A stretch of DNA of 64,000 nucleotides, from positions 13,206,001-13,270,000 of the forward strand of contig CM022665.1 in NCBI GenBank assembly GCA_012295275.1, given 5' to 3'. A program made the position numbers and the translations under genes. The notes under the pieces were generated by a model. It ran no database searches, was not told where the DNA came from, and was given only the letters and a program-made list of their open reading frames with translations. Position 1 is the stretch's first letter, and each line of letters starts with the position of its first letter. Source of the stretch: Chrysomallon squamiferum. Its lineage: Eukaryota; Animalia; Mollusca. Below are positions 25,019 through 39,535 of this stretch, piece after piece.

Positions 25019-26380
25019 AATAATGTGTGACGTGGGCACTATGACGACTCGTCCCAAGACGAGCACCAAGACGACACTAACTGATCCTGTCACGTGTGAC
25101 CAGCAGACGTCAACTGACGACATCGATAGCCTCAGAGTCAAGTGCGAACATGGCACGTCTACTGGAGGGATGTTTGATGACCTGTATGAAAGATCGTCTA
25201 CACCTACAGGTTCATCCGCCGTCGAGGATGATGTAGAGTCGTCGTCTGCGTATGGCTCTTACGAGTCGGGAAATCTGAGAAAACAGCTGCATGACAGAGG
25301 ATCGACGTTCTCGGGTAAATGCGAAGGTTTCTCACAGACAGATTTAGAATTGGCGTTAAATCTTGAAGATGCTGAAGCTTCTGGTCAGACTGAAAAAAAG
25401 AAGTCAGGTTTATCTGAAGAGGAAACTTCAAGGATTCAGTCTGAGCTGAACAGACTGGCCAGAGAAAGAATCGAAATAATCGAGCTGTTTGCTTTAAATG
25501 TAGGAGCAATGGAGCCAACATTTACCGAGGAACTTCTCGAGGCAAAGCTGAACTACTCTATAGGACAGACTGACCAGCTGCTGGCAATGCTGGAAGAGGC
25601 ATGGAGTTCTGATGACGCTGCAACGTCCACGCCTAGAGACAACGAAGTCAGTAAGATAACCCAGGAAATTATACAACAGAGCAGAACTGAGGTGGAACAC
25701 TCAAAGAGAGTGATAAAGCTGTGCATTGATGAAGTGAAAGGAATCAACAAAGGTGGATCAAGGCACGGCAACTTCAACGAAGAATTAAAGAGAATGAAAC
25801 GAAAAGCCGAAGTCGAAGCGTTTAAACTGGAGAGAATGTGGGAACAGCTGCTGTACGAGAGATTGAAAAAGAGAAAGCTCATACCTCAATACACAGGTCA
25901 GAAACATCCCGATAAGCAGAGAGGAACTGCTGGACGAGATCCAGCGTACTCAACATTTGAGCAGCACGCCAGTTACTTGACTAGTCTTAGAAACAGAAGG
26001 ATGCAGAACACTTCTCTAGACGACACTAACAAAGAAAGCACGTCGTCAGCGTCAAACACACTGGACGGGTCAGCTGTCCAGAATGTCAGTGCTGACAGCT
26101 ACCTCGGCATGCCTGGTTACTTAAGACCTCACCAACATAAAGACTATTTAACCGAGCTGAGACGGATGCTTATTTCAGAACATGAACATTTACCAAAGAC
26201 GTCCAGATCAACGACAACATTGCCGAGCAGTTATGGCCACAGATATACGTCCAGTCCCAGAATGATGCACCTATCTAGCGGTGCCACATCATCAACACGA
26301 TTCGGAAACGTCTATCCTTCAACGATTTCGTCACATTCAAACAGAACGTCCACGTCAAAATACTCATCTGGAAGTTACAG
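25019..26380 (+). CDS. Same protein, large internal exon (coiled-coil-like segment IQSELNRLARERIEIIE...LLEAKLNYSIGQTDQLL)
   Basis: 467-aa ORF. Acceptor tgtttcag at 25018 (AT+A = Ile); CAG|GTAAAC donor at 26381, phase 2. Confidence 0.85.
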
Positions 26381-26582
26381 GTAAACAACAAACACTGATC
26401 GTAATAATCCTTCTTTGTTAGTTTTATTTATTTATTTATTTATTTGTTTGTTTGTTCGTTCGTTTATCCTATTATTATTATTAACGTTAGTATTAATACC
26501 GTTGTTGTTATCATTATAACATTTATTTATTTATTTATTTTATTATTATTATTTTTATTATTATTTCTTCTTCTTCTTCTTT

Positions 26583-26625
<43 letters not shown>

Positions 26626-26750
26626 TTTTATAAGTGTATGTCTCTCATCATTATGGTAAAATCTCAGTCTCATGTTTGGCACATAATAACAGTTAATATT
26701 AAACTGTAAATATTTTTTTTTCTATAACTTCAAAAATATTTTTGTTTTAG

Positions 26751-26883
26751 GTCGAACAGTCAGACCTCCAGATCAACATTGTATTCCACTCCATGGAGCA
26801 CTTTGAAAGATCCAGTTCAAACGACGTCATCATATGATAAGTATAAGCTGTACACAGGAAAATACCAGACAAATATCACGTGA
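26751..26883 (+). CDS. Same protein, terminal exon
   Basis: ttttag acceptor, phase 2 (AG+G = Arg). SNSQTSRSTLYSTPWSTLKDPVQ...YQTNIT*, TGA at 26881-26883. Confidence 0.8.
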
Positions 26884-27514
26884 TTCATTAAACGGAGGTC
26901 ATAACCTAGTGGGGGAAGCGGAAGTTATTTTGCTGCTAAATATGGTTTGGTGAGACCACTCAGATAAAATATTATGTTATTTTCGTGGTGCGAAGTTTCA
27001 TAACAATAATATTTATTTGTAATACGATACTCGTACATATTTACTTATTTATCTATTTATTTATTTTTGTTTTAGTCTTGTGTATGCTATGTTTGATATT
27101 TATTCATTTTTTACATTAATAAGATTTTTTTTTTTTTTTTATTCACTTAATATTTTAGATTGTTTATTTTATTTAATATAATAAACATAAAACTTGCGAA
27201 CCATTATTGTAATATAAATGGATATATCATTTATTTATTACTGTTATTATTTATTAATTAACAGTTTGTTTTTATTATTATTATTTTATTTTGTTTTCTT
27301 CTTTTGTCTTTACCTTTATTTATTTATTATATATATATATATATATATATATTTATTTTCATTTTTGTAAAATATGTATATTAATACAGATTTCTTTATA
27401 TGTACATATTATTTATTTATTCTAGAAATGAACCATTCACGTATTATTTTTTTGTTTATTATTTCTTTATTATTATGATTATTAATTATTAATATTATTA
27501 TGATTATGATTATG

Positions 27515-27554
<40 letters not shown>

Positions 27555-27835
27555 AATTAATTATTTATTTATTTATTTTTTATTTTTTTGAATCTGTCCA
27601 TAGAAGCCATTTACAGAAGATGTGTGTCTTGATTTGTGGCAGCCGAAGTGTTTTTGTCAAAATATTAACTCACCCCCATGGCTAACTCATATAACTGTTA
27701 TCAGTCCAATTACTTTTAATTATAGCCTACTTTAATAACGTGTTTCAAAATATAAATTACATATTCACAACTGTGTTGTGTTGAACATCATTGCCGCTGT
27801 GATATTTTGCAGTTCTTTAAATTGTATTGTACGTG

Positions 27836-27883
<48 letters not shown>

Positions 27884-28017
27884 CATACTAATGCTGTATG
27901 TATTATTACACTTGTTCAGTTTTCTATTAAAATATATATAATTTTGTAAAATTGTTTTGTTTTTACTTTAGAAGGCTGAGTTTATATAACAATAATAATT
28001 ATAACAACAACAACATC

Positions 28018-28049
<32 letters not shown>

Positions 28050-29978
28050 CAACAACAAAAAGTTTTCATTTATAATGAAATGTTTTAGTTGTGTATAATT
28101 ATGTTTGTTTCTTTCACGATTTCTATGATGGAGGCCTGGAAAGTGCTTCACAGAAGAAACAGGAGGTAAACTTGTTTGAACGTATATGTCTTGACAAAAT
28201 TGAAGGGAAATGAGTGGGACCAGCATAATAATAAAATATCACTAGTGTATTTTATATAAAATATTTAAACTGGAATTATTACTGCCGCTGTTGTTGTTGT
28301 TGTTGCTGTTCTTCTTCTGCTTAGAAACCGAAATAGCGAGCATAAGGTGGTGGATGTTTTTCGAATAAATGGTTCGACAAAGTCTATTTTATGAAATGTC
28401 ACTTGGTCTGGTATTGTTGGAAGCGTCCGATTAGAATCAGTTTGTTGCAATTCGTATAGAGGTCCAATATCTCAGATATGTCGGCCAGATTTTCATCAAG
28501 TGGTTCAAACTGATCAGATAGGGTCTTTGCTGGACCCACACGTACAGTAACACATAGTCTTTGGAACAGCCAGGTCACATAAAACAGATTCAAACAATTC
28601 TCTGAAAACGTTCAGAGAGAGATGACAAGAACCACATTTTGTAACGGCTTGCTGTTACGTCACGATTTGTTACCCAGGCACGCATTGAAATCAAGTTATT
28701 TCCCAAATATTTTTAATAAAAAAGGAAAGAAATGTTAACTTTCGTCGCCATAATTTGTCTAATTACAGTTACAGAGCCTCGTTTAGGATCAAATATGATT
28801 GGCGGGTATTTTCCTGTCCAATCCAATCCTTTATGTTATACCCTGTCTATTAGGAAATACCTGTTGCTGCCAACGTACATAAATTGTAGTGTTTTTTTCC
28901 TCCTTAAAATTGTGTCTGAATTAACAAAATAAATGTGAAACAGCTAACAGTCTGTAAAAAATGAATGGTCTCTAACGGTAAGTATTGACAATAATTCTTA
29001 ATAAAAGTACTGGACGTATATTGTAATAAACTAACCATTTTGTTGTAAGTACTAATTTTGTAATGATAAAAAAACAACAACAACAAACAAACAAACAACA
29101 ACAAAACAACCCCCCTAAAAAACAAAACCCCTTAACAACCAACCAACAAACAAAAGCGACCCATTCAGCAACAAAACGTATCCATTTTGTGAGAAATTAC
29201 GACCCATTCTTAATAATATTAAGATATGAACTGTGCATGAGCATGTACCCGTGATGATATATTGGAGCTTGGTTTGCAGAATCAAATATCCTAGGTGGAC
29301 CTGATTACACTCAAGCATTCTTCCTGAACCGTGGTAAAACGACTGGTACACCAAAGGTCATGGACACACGCACATACCCACACACACGCGCGCGCACTCA
29401 AGGCGCACTAATCCCTGCATTTGTGTGTACATACACTTTATCATCAACTGTGTGTGATTCTGCGAACGCCTGTTTCGTGTTGTTCTTGGCTGTGTGTATT
29501 TACGTGTTTGTGTGTAAGTGTGAGTTTATGTGCTTATATGTGACAAATAAATGCACATGTTTATATATGAGTTACACGTCATAATGTGTGCATGTGATGC
29601 ATGCACTTCGATATATATATATTTTTATATATAGTACGTTTGTATATATATATATGCGTATGGATATATTAAAGTATGTATGTGTTTGTACGTCATGTAC
29701 TTGTTTTTGTTTCATATGTGTCATTACATGTCTACGTGTATATATATATCTCTCTCTCTAAACAAACGTGTATTCGTCTGTGTACTTGTAGATGTGTTTG
29801 TTTTTGTGTCTGTCCCTCTATGTCATTTGTTTCTGTGAACGTATACTGGTTTATGTAGACTTGTGTGTTTTTAGGCATTATGTGTGAGTGTGTTTTTCTG
29901 TCTTTTATATTTTTTTTTTTTTTTTTTACTATTTATTGTTTCTTTTTCTTTCTTTCCCAGTAAATATATATTTAAACT

Positions 29979-30018
<40 letters not shown>

Positions 30019-30519
30019 TTAGTATAACATTAAACAATACAAACAAAAATTACAGTTTCTTTTCTCTAAAATGAATGCAACTCAAACTAGCTCACTAGAT
30101 CTGTTATATTAAATTATTCATTAGTGGTAGTTCATAACAATTACTACATTAATATTTTAAAGAAGTGGTAGACACGGTTCATTTTAATGATTATGGTTAT
30201 GATTATAATAATAATTATTATTTATAGTAGTAGTAGCAATAGTAGTGGAGGTGGTGGCAGTTGTTGTTGTGGAGGTGGTAGTAGTAGGAGTAGCAACAGT
30301 AGCAGCAGCAGCATAATTTTTTTAAAGTATTTATCAACGGTGTTGTTTTTTTTTTTTTTTTTTTATCGATGAATTGAAGAAAACAAAATGTCATTTGTTT
30401 TTCATGTGTTTAATATTACTATACCTAATGAAATATGAAACAATGTTTTATTGATATTAAAGATAAATAGGAATAAATAACTATAAATAAACAACATTGC
30501 AGAAATAGAAAGAAATAAT

Positions 30520-30720
30520 AAAACACGGTCGAAAAGACTGACGGGAAATTGTAAATTTCGGTTATTTTTTTTTTAAATTAGTGACGCAGTATATGACGTC
30601 AACAAACTAATCCGTTAGTGACTCCGTATCAAACTTGGTAAGAAGCTGCAATTTATTTTCTTTCAGAATTAAAATGAAATATTAACTCACTGCGTTCAAA
30701 TTCCGCGATATTCTGTAAGT
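30520..30720 (+). promoter_or_regulatory. Promoter-like CpG-containing block with a full CRE (copy 1)
   Basis: TGACGTCA at 30594-30601 plus TGACG half-sites; GTAAGT donor at 30715. Both are retained in copy 2. Confidence 0.45.
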
Positions 30721-31139
30721 GAAGTAAACCTAATTAAATTTAATTAAATTTTTCATATGTTAGGAACAGATTATTTCAAAGGCTAATGTAAAAATGAAAA
30801 AAAAAAAAAAAAAAAAAAAAAATGGATGCCACTTCAAAATATGAAATTTTCAAATTTGTCATTAGGATATTTATTTTATTATATTTTATTTTATTTCATT
30901 TTTTAAATAATTGTTACATTAATAATAATAATAATATTCTTGTTATTGCTGATATTGTTGCAGACTGTTGTAGATGACAGTTACTATAGTTTTTGTCCTT
31001 TTTATATATTTTATCTTACTTAATTACTTTCTGCAGTTCGATAAAACGAGAAATAGATGAAAAAAGTAAAATAAATAAATAAATAAAATAAAATAAAAAT
31101 ATAGTAATATAATAAAAGAGGTGGTATTGATTCAGTATG

Positions 31140-31730
31140 GTTACTAGTAGTGGTAACAGTGACATATAGAGTAAAAGTAGTAGAAGTAATGGTGGTAATA
31201 GTAGTAGTTGTTGAGGTAATGGTATAATAGTAATGGTGTTCGAGGTAGTGATAGTAATGGTAGAGGTAGTAGTATTTGTTGTAGTAGTGGTAGTGATAGT
31301 AGTAGTAGAGGTGGTGGTAATGGTGATAGTCGTATAACAGTAATGGTGATTAGGTAGTGATAGTGATGGTAGAGGTAGTAGTAGTAGTAGTAGTTGTTGT
31401 GGTGGTAGTAGTAGAGGTATTGGCAGTAGTAATACTAAAGGCAGTAGTAGTGATAGTAGTAGAGGTGACAGTTACTGTTGTAGTAATAGTGGAAGAGATG
31501 TAGTAGCAGTATCAATAGTAGTAGCTATTATTATTGTAACAGAAGTAATAGTAGAGGTAGAAGGCTGTAGCAGTAGTAGTAGTTGCGGTTGTGAAAGTAG
31601 TATTTGAGGTAGTTGTAAAGACAATGATAATAGTGAAAGTAATAGTTCTGAGACTGGTGCTGGTAGTAGTTGTATCTGTTGTAGTGATGTTGGTTGTAGC
31701 AGTAGTAGTAGACATAGCCGTAGTAATGCA
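31140..31730. repeat. Degenerate (GTA/GTG)n tract, with a counterpart at ~44300-44862
   Basis: Cryptic trinucleotide repeat that produces spurious poly-V/T/S ORFs. Confidence 0.9.
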
Positions 31731-32168
31731 AATATATAGATTCAAACAGTCTGTAATTGTATTTTTTAATTTTGTGTTCTGAAGTACATTTTAATTATAC
31801 ATTTATTTGCCACGTGATGGATACGGTGAGAAAATATATTTAATTTTTCTAATTTAAATTAACTAATGAAGTTTGTTTCAAATTCTTTCTTTCTATAATT
31901 AATTGATAAAACATGGATTTTTAAGATTATTTATTTATTTATTTATTTATTTATATTTATGTATTATATATTTATTTATTATGTATTTATGTATATTTTA
32001 TACATTATTAAATTTATTTATTTATTTGTTAGTTTATATTTTATTTATTTATGTATGTATGTATTATTTGTTGTTTTTCTAAATTTATTTTTAATTTATT
32101 ACTAGACTTATTTAATTTATTTATTCATTTATTCAGTTATTTTTATATTATTATTATTATTATTTTTA

Positions 32169-32220
<52 letters not shown>

Positions 32221-32279
32221 GATTATTATTAAGTAATTAAAAGATAATTTTTTTTTTTTTAAATTAAATATTGGTAAAT

Positions 32280-32282
32280 ATT

Positions 32283-32317
<35 letters not shown>

Positions 32318-32554
32318 TATTTTTGGGAGGGTAGGGTCAATCATTCCTCACCATTATAATAACAAAAATAATTAAAAAAAATTAAAACAATAAAAAAAAG
32401 AAGTAAATAATAATTTAAAAATGGAGAGTAAAAAGAGTAATTAAGTAATTTACAAAAAAAAAAAAAAAAAAACAAACTAATAATTAAAATAAAATAAAAT
32501 ATTGGTATCCATTTTGTATTTTATGTTACGAAAAAATGTTTAAGATTTATTTTA

Positions 32555-32623
<69 letters not shown>

Positions 32624-33252
32624 GTAATTAAATGATAATTCAAAATTTTTAAAATTTACTACTACTACTACTACTACTACTACTATAATTTTGGAGAGTA
32701 GAGTCAATCATTCCTCACCATTATAATAACAAAAATAATTTAAAAAAATTAAAACAATAAAAAAAAAGTAAATAATAATAAAAAAATGGAGAGTAAAAAG
32801 AGTAATTAAGTAATTTACAAAAAAAAATAATAATAATAAAAATAAAATAAAATATTGGTATCCATTTTGTATTTTATGTTACGAAAAAATGTTTAAAAAA
32901 AAATTAATAATAATAAAAAAAAATATAATATTATTACTATGGTATCCATTTTTGCATTTTATGTAATTAAATGATAAAACAAAAAAAAGTAAATAACTAA
33001 TACTACTAAATTTTTTGGAGAGTCAATCATTCCTCACCATTATAATAAAAAAAATAAATAAAAAAAAAAAGTAAATTTAAAAAATGGACAGTAAAAAAAA
33101 AAAAAAAAAAAAAAATAATAAAATAAAAATAAAATAAAATATTGGTATCCATTTTGTATTTTATGTTACGAAAAAATGTTTAAGATTTATTTTAATTTTT
33201 ATTATTATTATTATTATTATTATTTTAATTTTATTATTATTATTATTATTAC

Positions 33253-33306
<54 letters not shown>

Positions 33307-34157
33307 GTAATTAAATGATAAAACAAAATTTTAAAAATGTACTACTACTACTACTACTACTACTATTATATTTTTTGGAGAGTAGAGTCAATCATTCCTC
33401 ACCATTATAATAACAAAAATAATTTGAAAAAAATTAAAAAACAAAAAAAAAAAAAAGTAAATAATAATAAAAAAATGGAGAGTAAAAAGAGTAATTAAGT
33501 AATTTAAAAAAAAAAAAAAAATAATAATAATAATAAAAAAAATATATAATATTGGTATCCATTTTGCATTTTATGTTACGAAAAAAAAAGAGTAAATAAT
33601 AATTAAAAAAATGGAGAGTAAAAAGAGTAATTAAGTAATTTACAAAAAAAAAAAATAAATAAAATAAAATAAAATAAAATATCCATTATCCATTTTTGTA
33701 TTTTATGTTACGAAAAAATGTTTAAGATTTTATTTTTTATTATTATTATTATTTTATTTTTATTATATTATTATTATTATTATTTATTTTATTTATTATT
33801 AAGTAATTAAAATAAAAAACAAAATTTTAAAAATTTTACTATAACTTTACTACTACTACTACTACTACTACTACTAATTTTTTGAGAGTAGAGTCAATCA
33901 TTCCTCACCATTATAATAACAAAATAATTTTAAAACATTAAAAAAACAAAAAAAAGTAAATAATAATAAAAAATGGAAGTAAAAAAAGAGTAATTAAGTA
34001 ATTTACAATTTTTTTTTTTTTATTAAATATTGGTATCTGTTTTGTATTTGATGTTACGAAAAAAAATGTTTAAGATTTATTTTTTAATTTATTATTATTA
34101 TTATTGTTATTATTATTTTAATTTGATTATTATTATTATTATTACTATTATTATTAC

Positions 34158-34206
<49 letters not shown>

Positions 34207-34480
34207 GTAATTAAATGACAAAACAAAATTTTAATAATTTACTACTACTACTGCTACTACTAAATTTTTTGGAGAGTAGAGTCAATCATTCCTCACCATT
34301 ATAATAACAAAAATAATTTAAAAAAAAAAACAATAAAAAAAAAAGTAAATAATAATTAAAAAATGGACAGTAAAAAGAGTAATTAAAAAAAAAAAAAAAA
34401 AATAATAATAAAAAATAAAATAAAATATTGGTATCCATTTTGTATTTTATGTTACGAAAAAATGTTTAAGATTTATTTTA

Positions 34481-34520
<40 letters not shown>

Positions 34521-34546
34521 TTTATTTTATTTTATTTATTTTATTA

Positions 34547-34599
<53 letters not shown>

Positions 34600-34640
34600 A
34601 TTATTAAGTAATTAAATGATAAAACAAAATTTTAAAAATT

Positions 34641-34675
<35 letters not shown>

Positions 34676-34988
34676 TTACTACTACTATATTTTTTGGAGA
34701 GTAGAGTCAATCATTCCTCACCATTATAATAACAAAAATAATTTTAAAAAATTAAAACAATAAAAAAAAAAAGTAAATAATAATTAAAAAATGGAAGGTA
34801 AAAAGAGTAATTAAGTAATTTAAAAAAAAAAAAAAAAAATTTTTTTTTTAAAAATATTAAAATCCGTATCCGTTTTGTATTTTATGTTACGAAAAAAAAT
34901 GTTTAAGATTTATTTTAATTTATTATTATTATTATTGTTATTATTATTTTAATTTGATTATTATTATTATTATTACTATTATTATTAC

Positions 34989-35030
<42 letters not shown>

Positions 35031-35346
35031 GTAATTAAATGACAAAACAAAATTTTAATAATTTTTACTACTACTACTAAATTTTTTACTACTACTAGAA
35101 TTTTCAATAGATCAATCATTCCTCACCATTATAATAACAAAAAATAATTTTAAAAAAAAAAAACAATAAAAAAAAAAAAAAAAGTAAATAATAATTAAAA
35201 ATGGAAAAAAAAGAGTAATTAAGTAATTTACACATTTTTTTTTTTAATTAAATATTGGTATCCGTTTTGTATTTTATGTTACGAAAAAATGTTTAAGATT
35301 TATTTTAATTTATTATTATTATTATTGTTATTATTATTTTAATTTG

Positions 35347-35429
<83 letters not shown>

Positions 35430-35743
35430 GTAATTAAATGACAAAACAAAATTTTAATAATTTACTACTACTACTACTACTACTAAATTTTTTGGAGAGT
35501 AGAGTCAATCATTCCTCACCATTATAATAACAAAAATAATTTAAAAAAATTAAAACAATAAAAAAAAAAAAAATAATAATTAAAAAATGGAAGGTAAAAA
35601 GAGTAATTAAGTAATTTACAAAAAAAAAAAAAAATAATAATAAAAAATAAAATAAAATATTGGTATCCATTTTGTATTTTATGTTACGAAAAAATGTTTA
35701 AGATTTATTTTAATTTTTATTATTATTATTATTATTATTTTTA

Positions 35744-35808
<65 letters not shown>

Positions 35809-35848
35809 ATTAAAATAAAAGTAAAAATGATAAAACAAAATTTTAAAA

Positions 35849-35879
<31 letters not shown>

Positions 35880-36127
35880 TTATATATTTTTTGAGAGTAG
35901 AGTCAATCATTCCTCACCATTATAATAACAAAAATAATTTTGAAAAAATTAAAACAAAAAAAAAAAAAAGTAAATAATAATAAAAAAAATGAGAGTAAAA
36001 AAAGAGTAATTAAGTAATTTACAAAAAAAAAAAAATAATTAAAAAAAATAAAATATTGGTATCCATTTTGTATTTTTTATGTTACGAAAAAAAAATGTTT
36101 AAGATTTATTTTTTTAAAAAAAAAAAA

Positions 36128-36158
<31 letters not shown>

Positions 36159-36177
36159 TTTTTTTTTTATTTTATTA

Positions 36178-36230
<53 letters not shown>

Positions 36231-36271
36231 GTAATTAAATGATAAAACAAAATTTTAAAAATTTACTACTA

Positions 36272-36313
<42 letters not shown>

Positions 36314-36560
36314 TATTTTTTGGAGAGTAGAGTCAATCATTCCTCACCATTATAATAACAAAAATAATTTTAAAACATTAAAACAATAAAAAAAAAGTAA
36401 ATAATAATAAAAAAATGGAAGGTAAAAAGAGTAATTAAGTAATTTACACAATTTTTTTTTATTAAATATTGGTATCTGTTTTGTATTTTATGTTACGAAA
36501 AAATGTTTAAGATTTATTTTAATTTATTATTATTATTATTGTTATTATTATTTTAATTTG

Positions 36561-36637
<77 letters not shown>

Positions 36638-36923
36638 GTAATTAAATGACAAAACAAAATTTTAATAATTCACTACTACTACTGCTACTACTAAATTTTT
36701 TGGAGAGTAGAGTCAATCATTCCTCACCATTATAATAACAAAAATAATTTAAAAAAATAAAAACAATAAAAAAAAAAGTAAATAATAATTAAAAAATGGA
36801 CAGTAAAAAGAGTAATTAAGTAATTTACAAAAAAAAAAAATAATAATAATAATAAAAATAAAATAAAATATTGGTATCCATTTTGTATTTTATGTTACGA
36901 AAAAATGTTTAAGATTTATTTTA

Positions 36924-36972
<49 letters not shown>

Positions 36973-36987
36973 TTTATTTTATTTTTA

Positions 36988-37042
<55 letters not shown>

Positions 37043-37083
37043 ATTATTAAGTAATTAAATGATAAAATAAAATTTTAAAAATT

Positions 37084-37118
<35 letters not shown>

Positions 37119-37378
37119 TTACTACTACTATATTTTTTGGAGAGTAGAGTCAATCATTCCTCACCATTATAATAACAAAAATAATTTTAAAAAATTAAAA
37201 CAATAAAAAAAAAAGTAAATAATAATTAAAAAATGGAAGGTAAAAAGAGTAATTAAGTAATTTACACAATTTTTTTTTATTAAATATTGGTATCCGTTTT
37301 GTATTTTATGTTACGAAAAAATGTTTAAGATTTATTTTAATTTATTATTATTATTATTGTTATTATTATTTTAATTTG

Positions 37379-37437
<59 letters not shown>

Positions 37438-37719
37438 GTAATTAAATGACAAAACAAAATTTTAATAATTTACTACTACTACTGCTACTACTAAATTTTT
37501 TGGAGAGTAGAGTCAATCATTCCTCACCATTATAATAACAAAAATAATTTTAAAAAATAAAAACAATAAAAAAAAAGTAAATAATAATTAAAAAATGGAC
37601 AGTAAAAAGAGTAATTAAGTAATTTACAAAAAAAAAAAATAATAATAATAAAAATAAAATAAAATATTGGTATCCATTTTGTATTTTATGTTACGAAAAA
37701 ATGTTTAAGATTTATTTTA

Positions 37720-37762
<43 letters not shown>

Positions 37763-37783
37763 TTTATTTTATTATTTTTTTTA

Positions 37784-37836
<53 letters not shown>

Positions 37837-38127
37837 ATTATTAAGTAATTAAATGATAAAACAAAATTTTAAAAATTTACTACTACTACTACTACTACTA
37901 CTACTATTACTACTACTATATTTTTTGGAGAGTAGAGTCAATCATTCCTCACCATTATAATAACAAAAATAATTTTAAAAAATTAAAACAATAAAAAAAA
38001 AAGTAAATAATAATTAAAAAATGGAAGGTAAAAAGAGTAATTAAGTAATTTACACAATTTTTTTTTATTAAATATTGGTATCCGTTTTGTATTTTATGTT
38101 ACGAAAAAATGTTTAAGATTTATTTTA

Positions 38128-38161
<34 letters not shown>

Positions 38162-38164
38162 TTA

Positions 38165-38230
<66 letters not shown>

Positions 38231-38277
38231 TAATTAAATGATTAAAACAAAAATTTAAAAAAAAAATTTTAAAATTT

Positions 38278-38315
<38 letters not shown>

Positions 38316-38541
38316 TTACTACTACTATATTTTTGGAGAGTAGAGTCAATCATTCCTCACCATTATAATAACAAAAATAATTTGAAAAAAATTAAAACAA
38401 TAAAAAAAAAAAAAAGTAAATAATAATTAAAAAATGGAAGGTAAAAAGAGTAATTAAGTAATTTACACAATTTTTTTTAATTAAATATTGGTATCCGTTT
38501 TGTATTTTATGTTACGAAAAAATGTTTAAGATTGATTTTAA

Positions 38542-38620
<79 letters not shown>

Positions 38621-38918
38621 ATTATTAAGTAATTAAATGATAAAACAAAATTTTAAAAATTTACTACTACTACTACTACTATTACTACTAAATTTTTTGG
38701 AGAGTAGAGTCAATCATTCCTCACCATTATAATAACAAAAATAATTTAAAAAAATTAAAACAATAAAATAAAAAGTAAATAATAATTAAAAAATGGAGAG
38801 TAAAAAGAGTAATTAAGTAATTTACAAAAAAAAATTTATAATAATAATAAAAATAAAATAAAATATTGGTATCGATTTTGTATTTTATGTTACGAAAAAA
38901 TGTTTAAGATTTATTTTA

Positions 38919-38952
<34 letters not shown>

Positions 38953-38956
38953 TTAA

Positions 38957-39046
<90 letters not shown>

Positions 39047-39079
39047 GTAATGAAATGATAAAACAAAATTTTAAAAATG

Positions 39080-39111
<32 letters not shown>

Positions 39112-39535
39112 TTATATTTTTTGGAGAGTAGAGTCAATCATTCCTCACCATTATAATAACAAAAATAATTTAAAAAATTAAAACAAAAAAAAAAAAAGTA
39201 AATAATAATAAAAAAATGGAGAGTAAAAAGAGTAATTAAGTAATTTACAAAAAAAAAAAAAAAAAATAATAATAATAATAAAATATATAATATTGGTATC
39301 CATTTTGCATTTTATGTTATGATAAAAAATAAAGTAAAATAATTAAAAAAATTAAATATATATATATAAAAAAAAAAAAAAATAAATAAGTAAAATTTGT
39401 TTTAAAAAAATCATTAAATATTGGTATCCATTTTGTGTTTTATGATACAAAAAAAAAATTTAAGATTTATTTTATTATTATTATTATTATTATTATTATA
39501 TTTTCTAGGACAGGTAGGGTCAATCATTCCTCACC
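32280..39535. repeat. Compound satellite, 19 units of ~320-500 bp (mostly ~390 bp)
   Basis: Anchor CAATCATTCCTCACC at about 32338, 32704, 33024, 33389, 33895, 34283, 34707, 35113, 35506, 35904, 36334, 36714, 37151, 37514, 37939, 38347, 38711, 39135 and 39521. Units also carry GAGTAATTAAGTAATT and TGGTATCCATTTTGTATTTTATGTTACG, separated by (ATT)n, (ACT)n and poly-A. Confidence 0.95.

Noticed and set aside
20292-25882. Antisense ORFs overlapping the large exons (also shadow ORFs at 6929-7603)
   Set aside because: Shadow frames of real coding exons, with no splice or domain support.
32280-39535. Repeat-spacer layout resembling a CRISPR array
   Set aside because: The 'spacers' are homologous microsatellites, the period is ~390 bp, there are no cas genes, and the context is eukaryotic.
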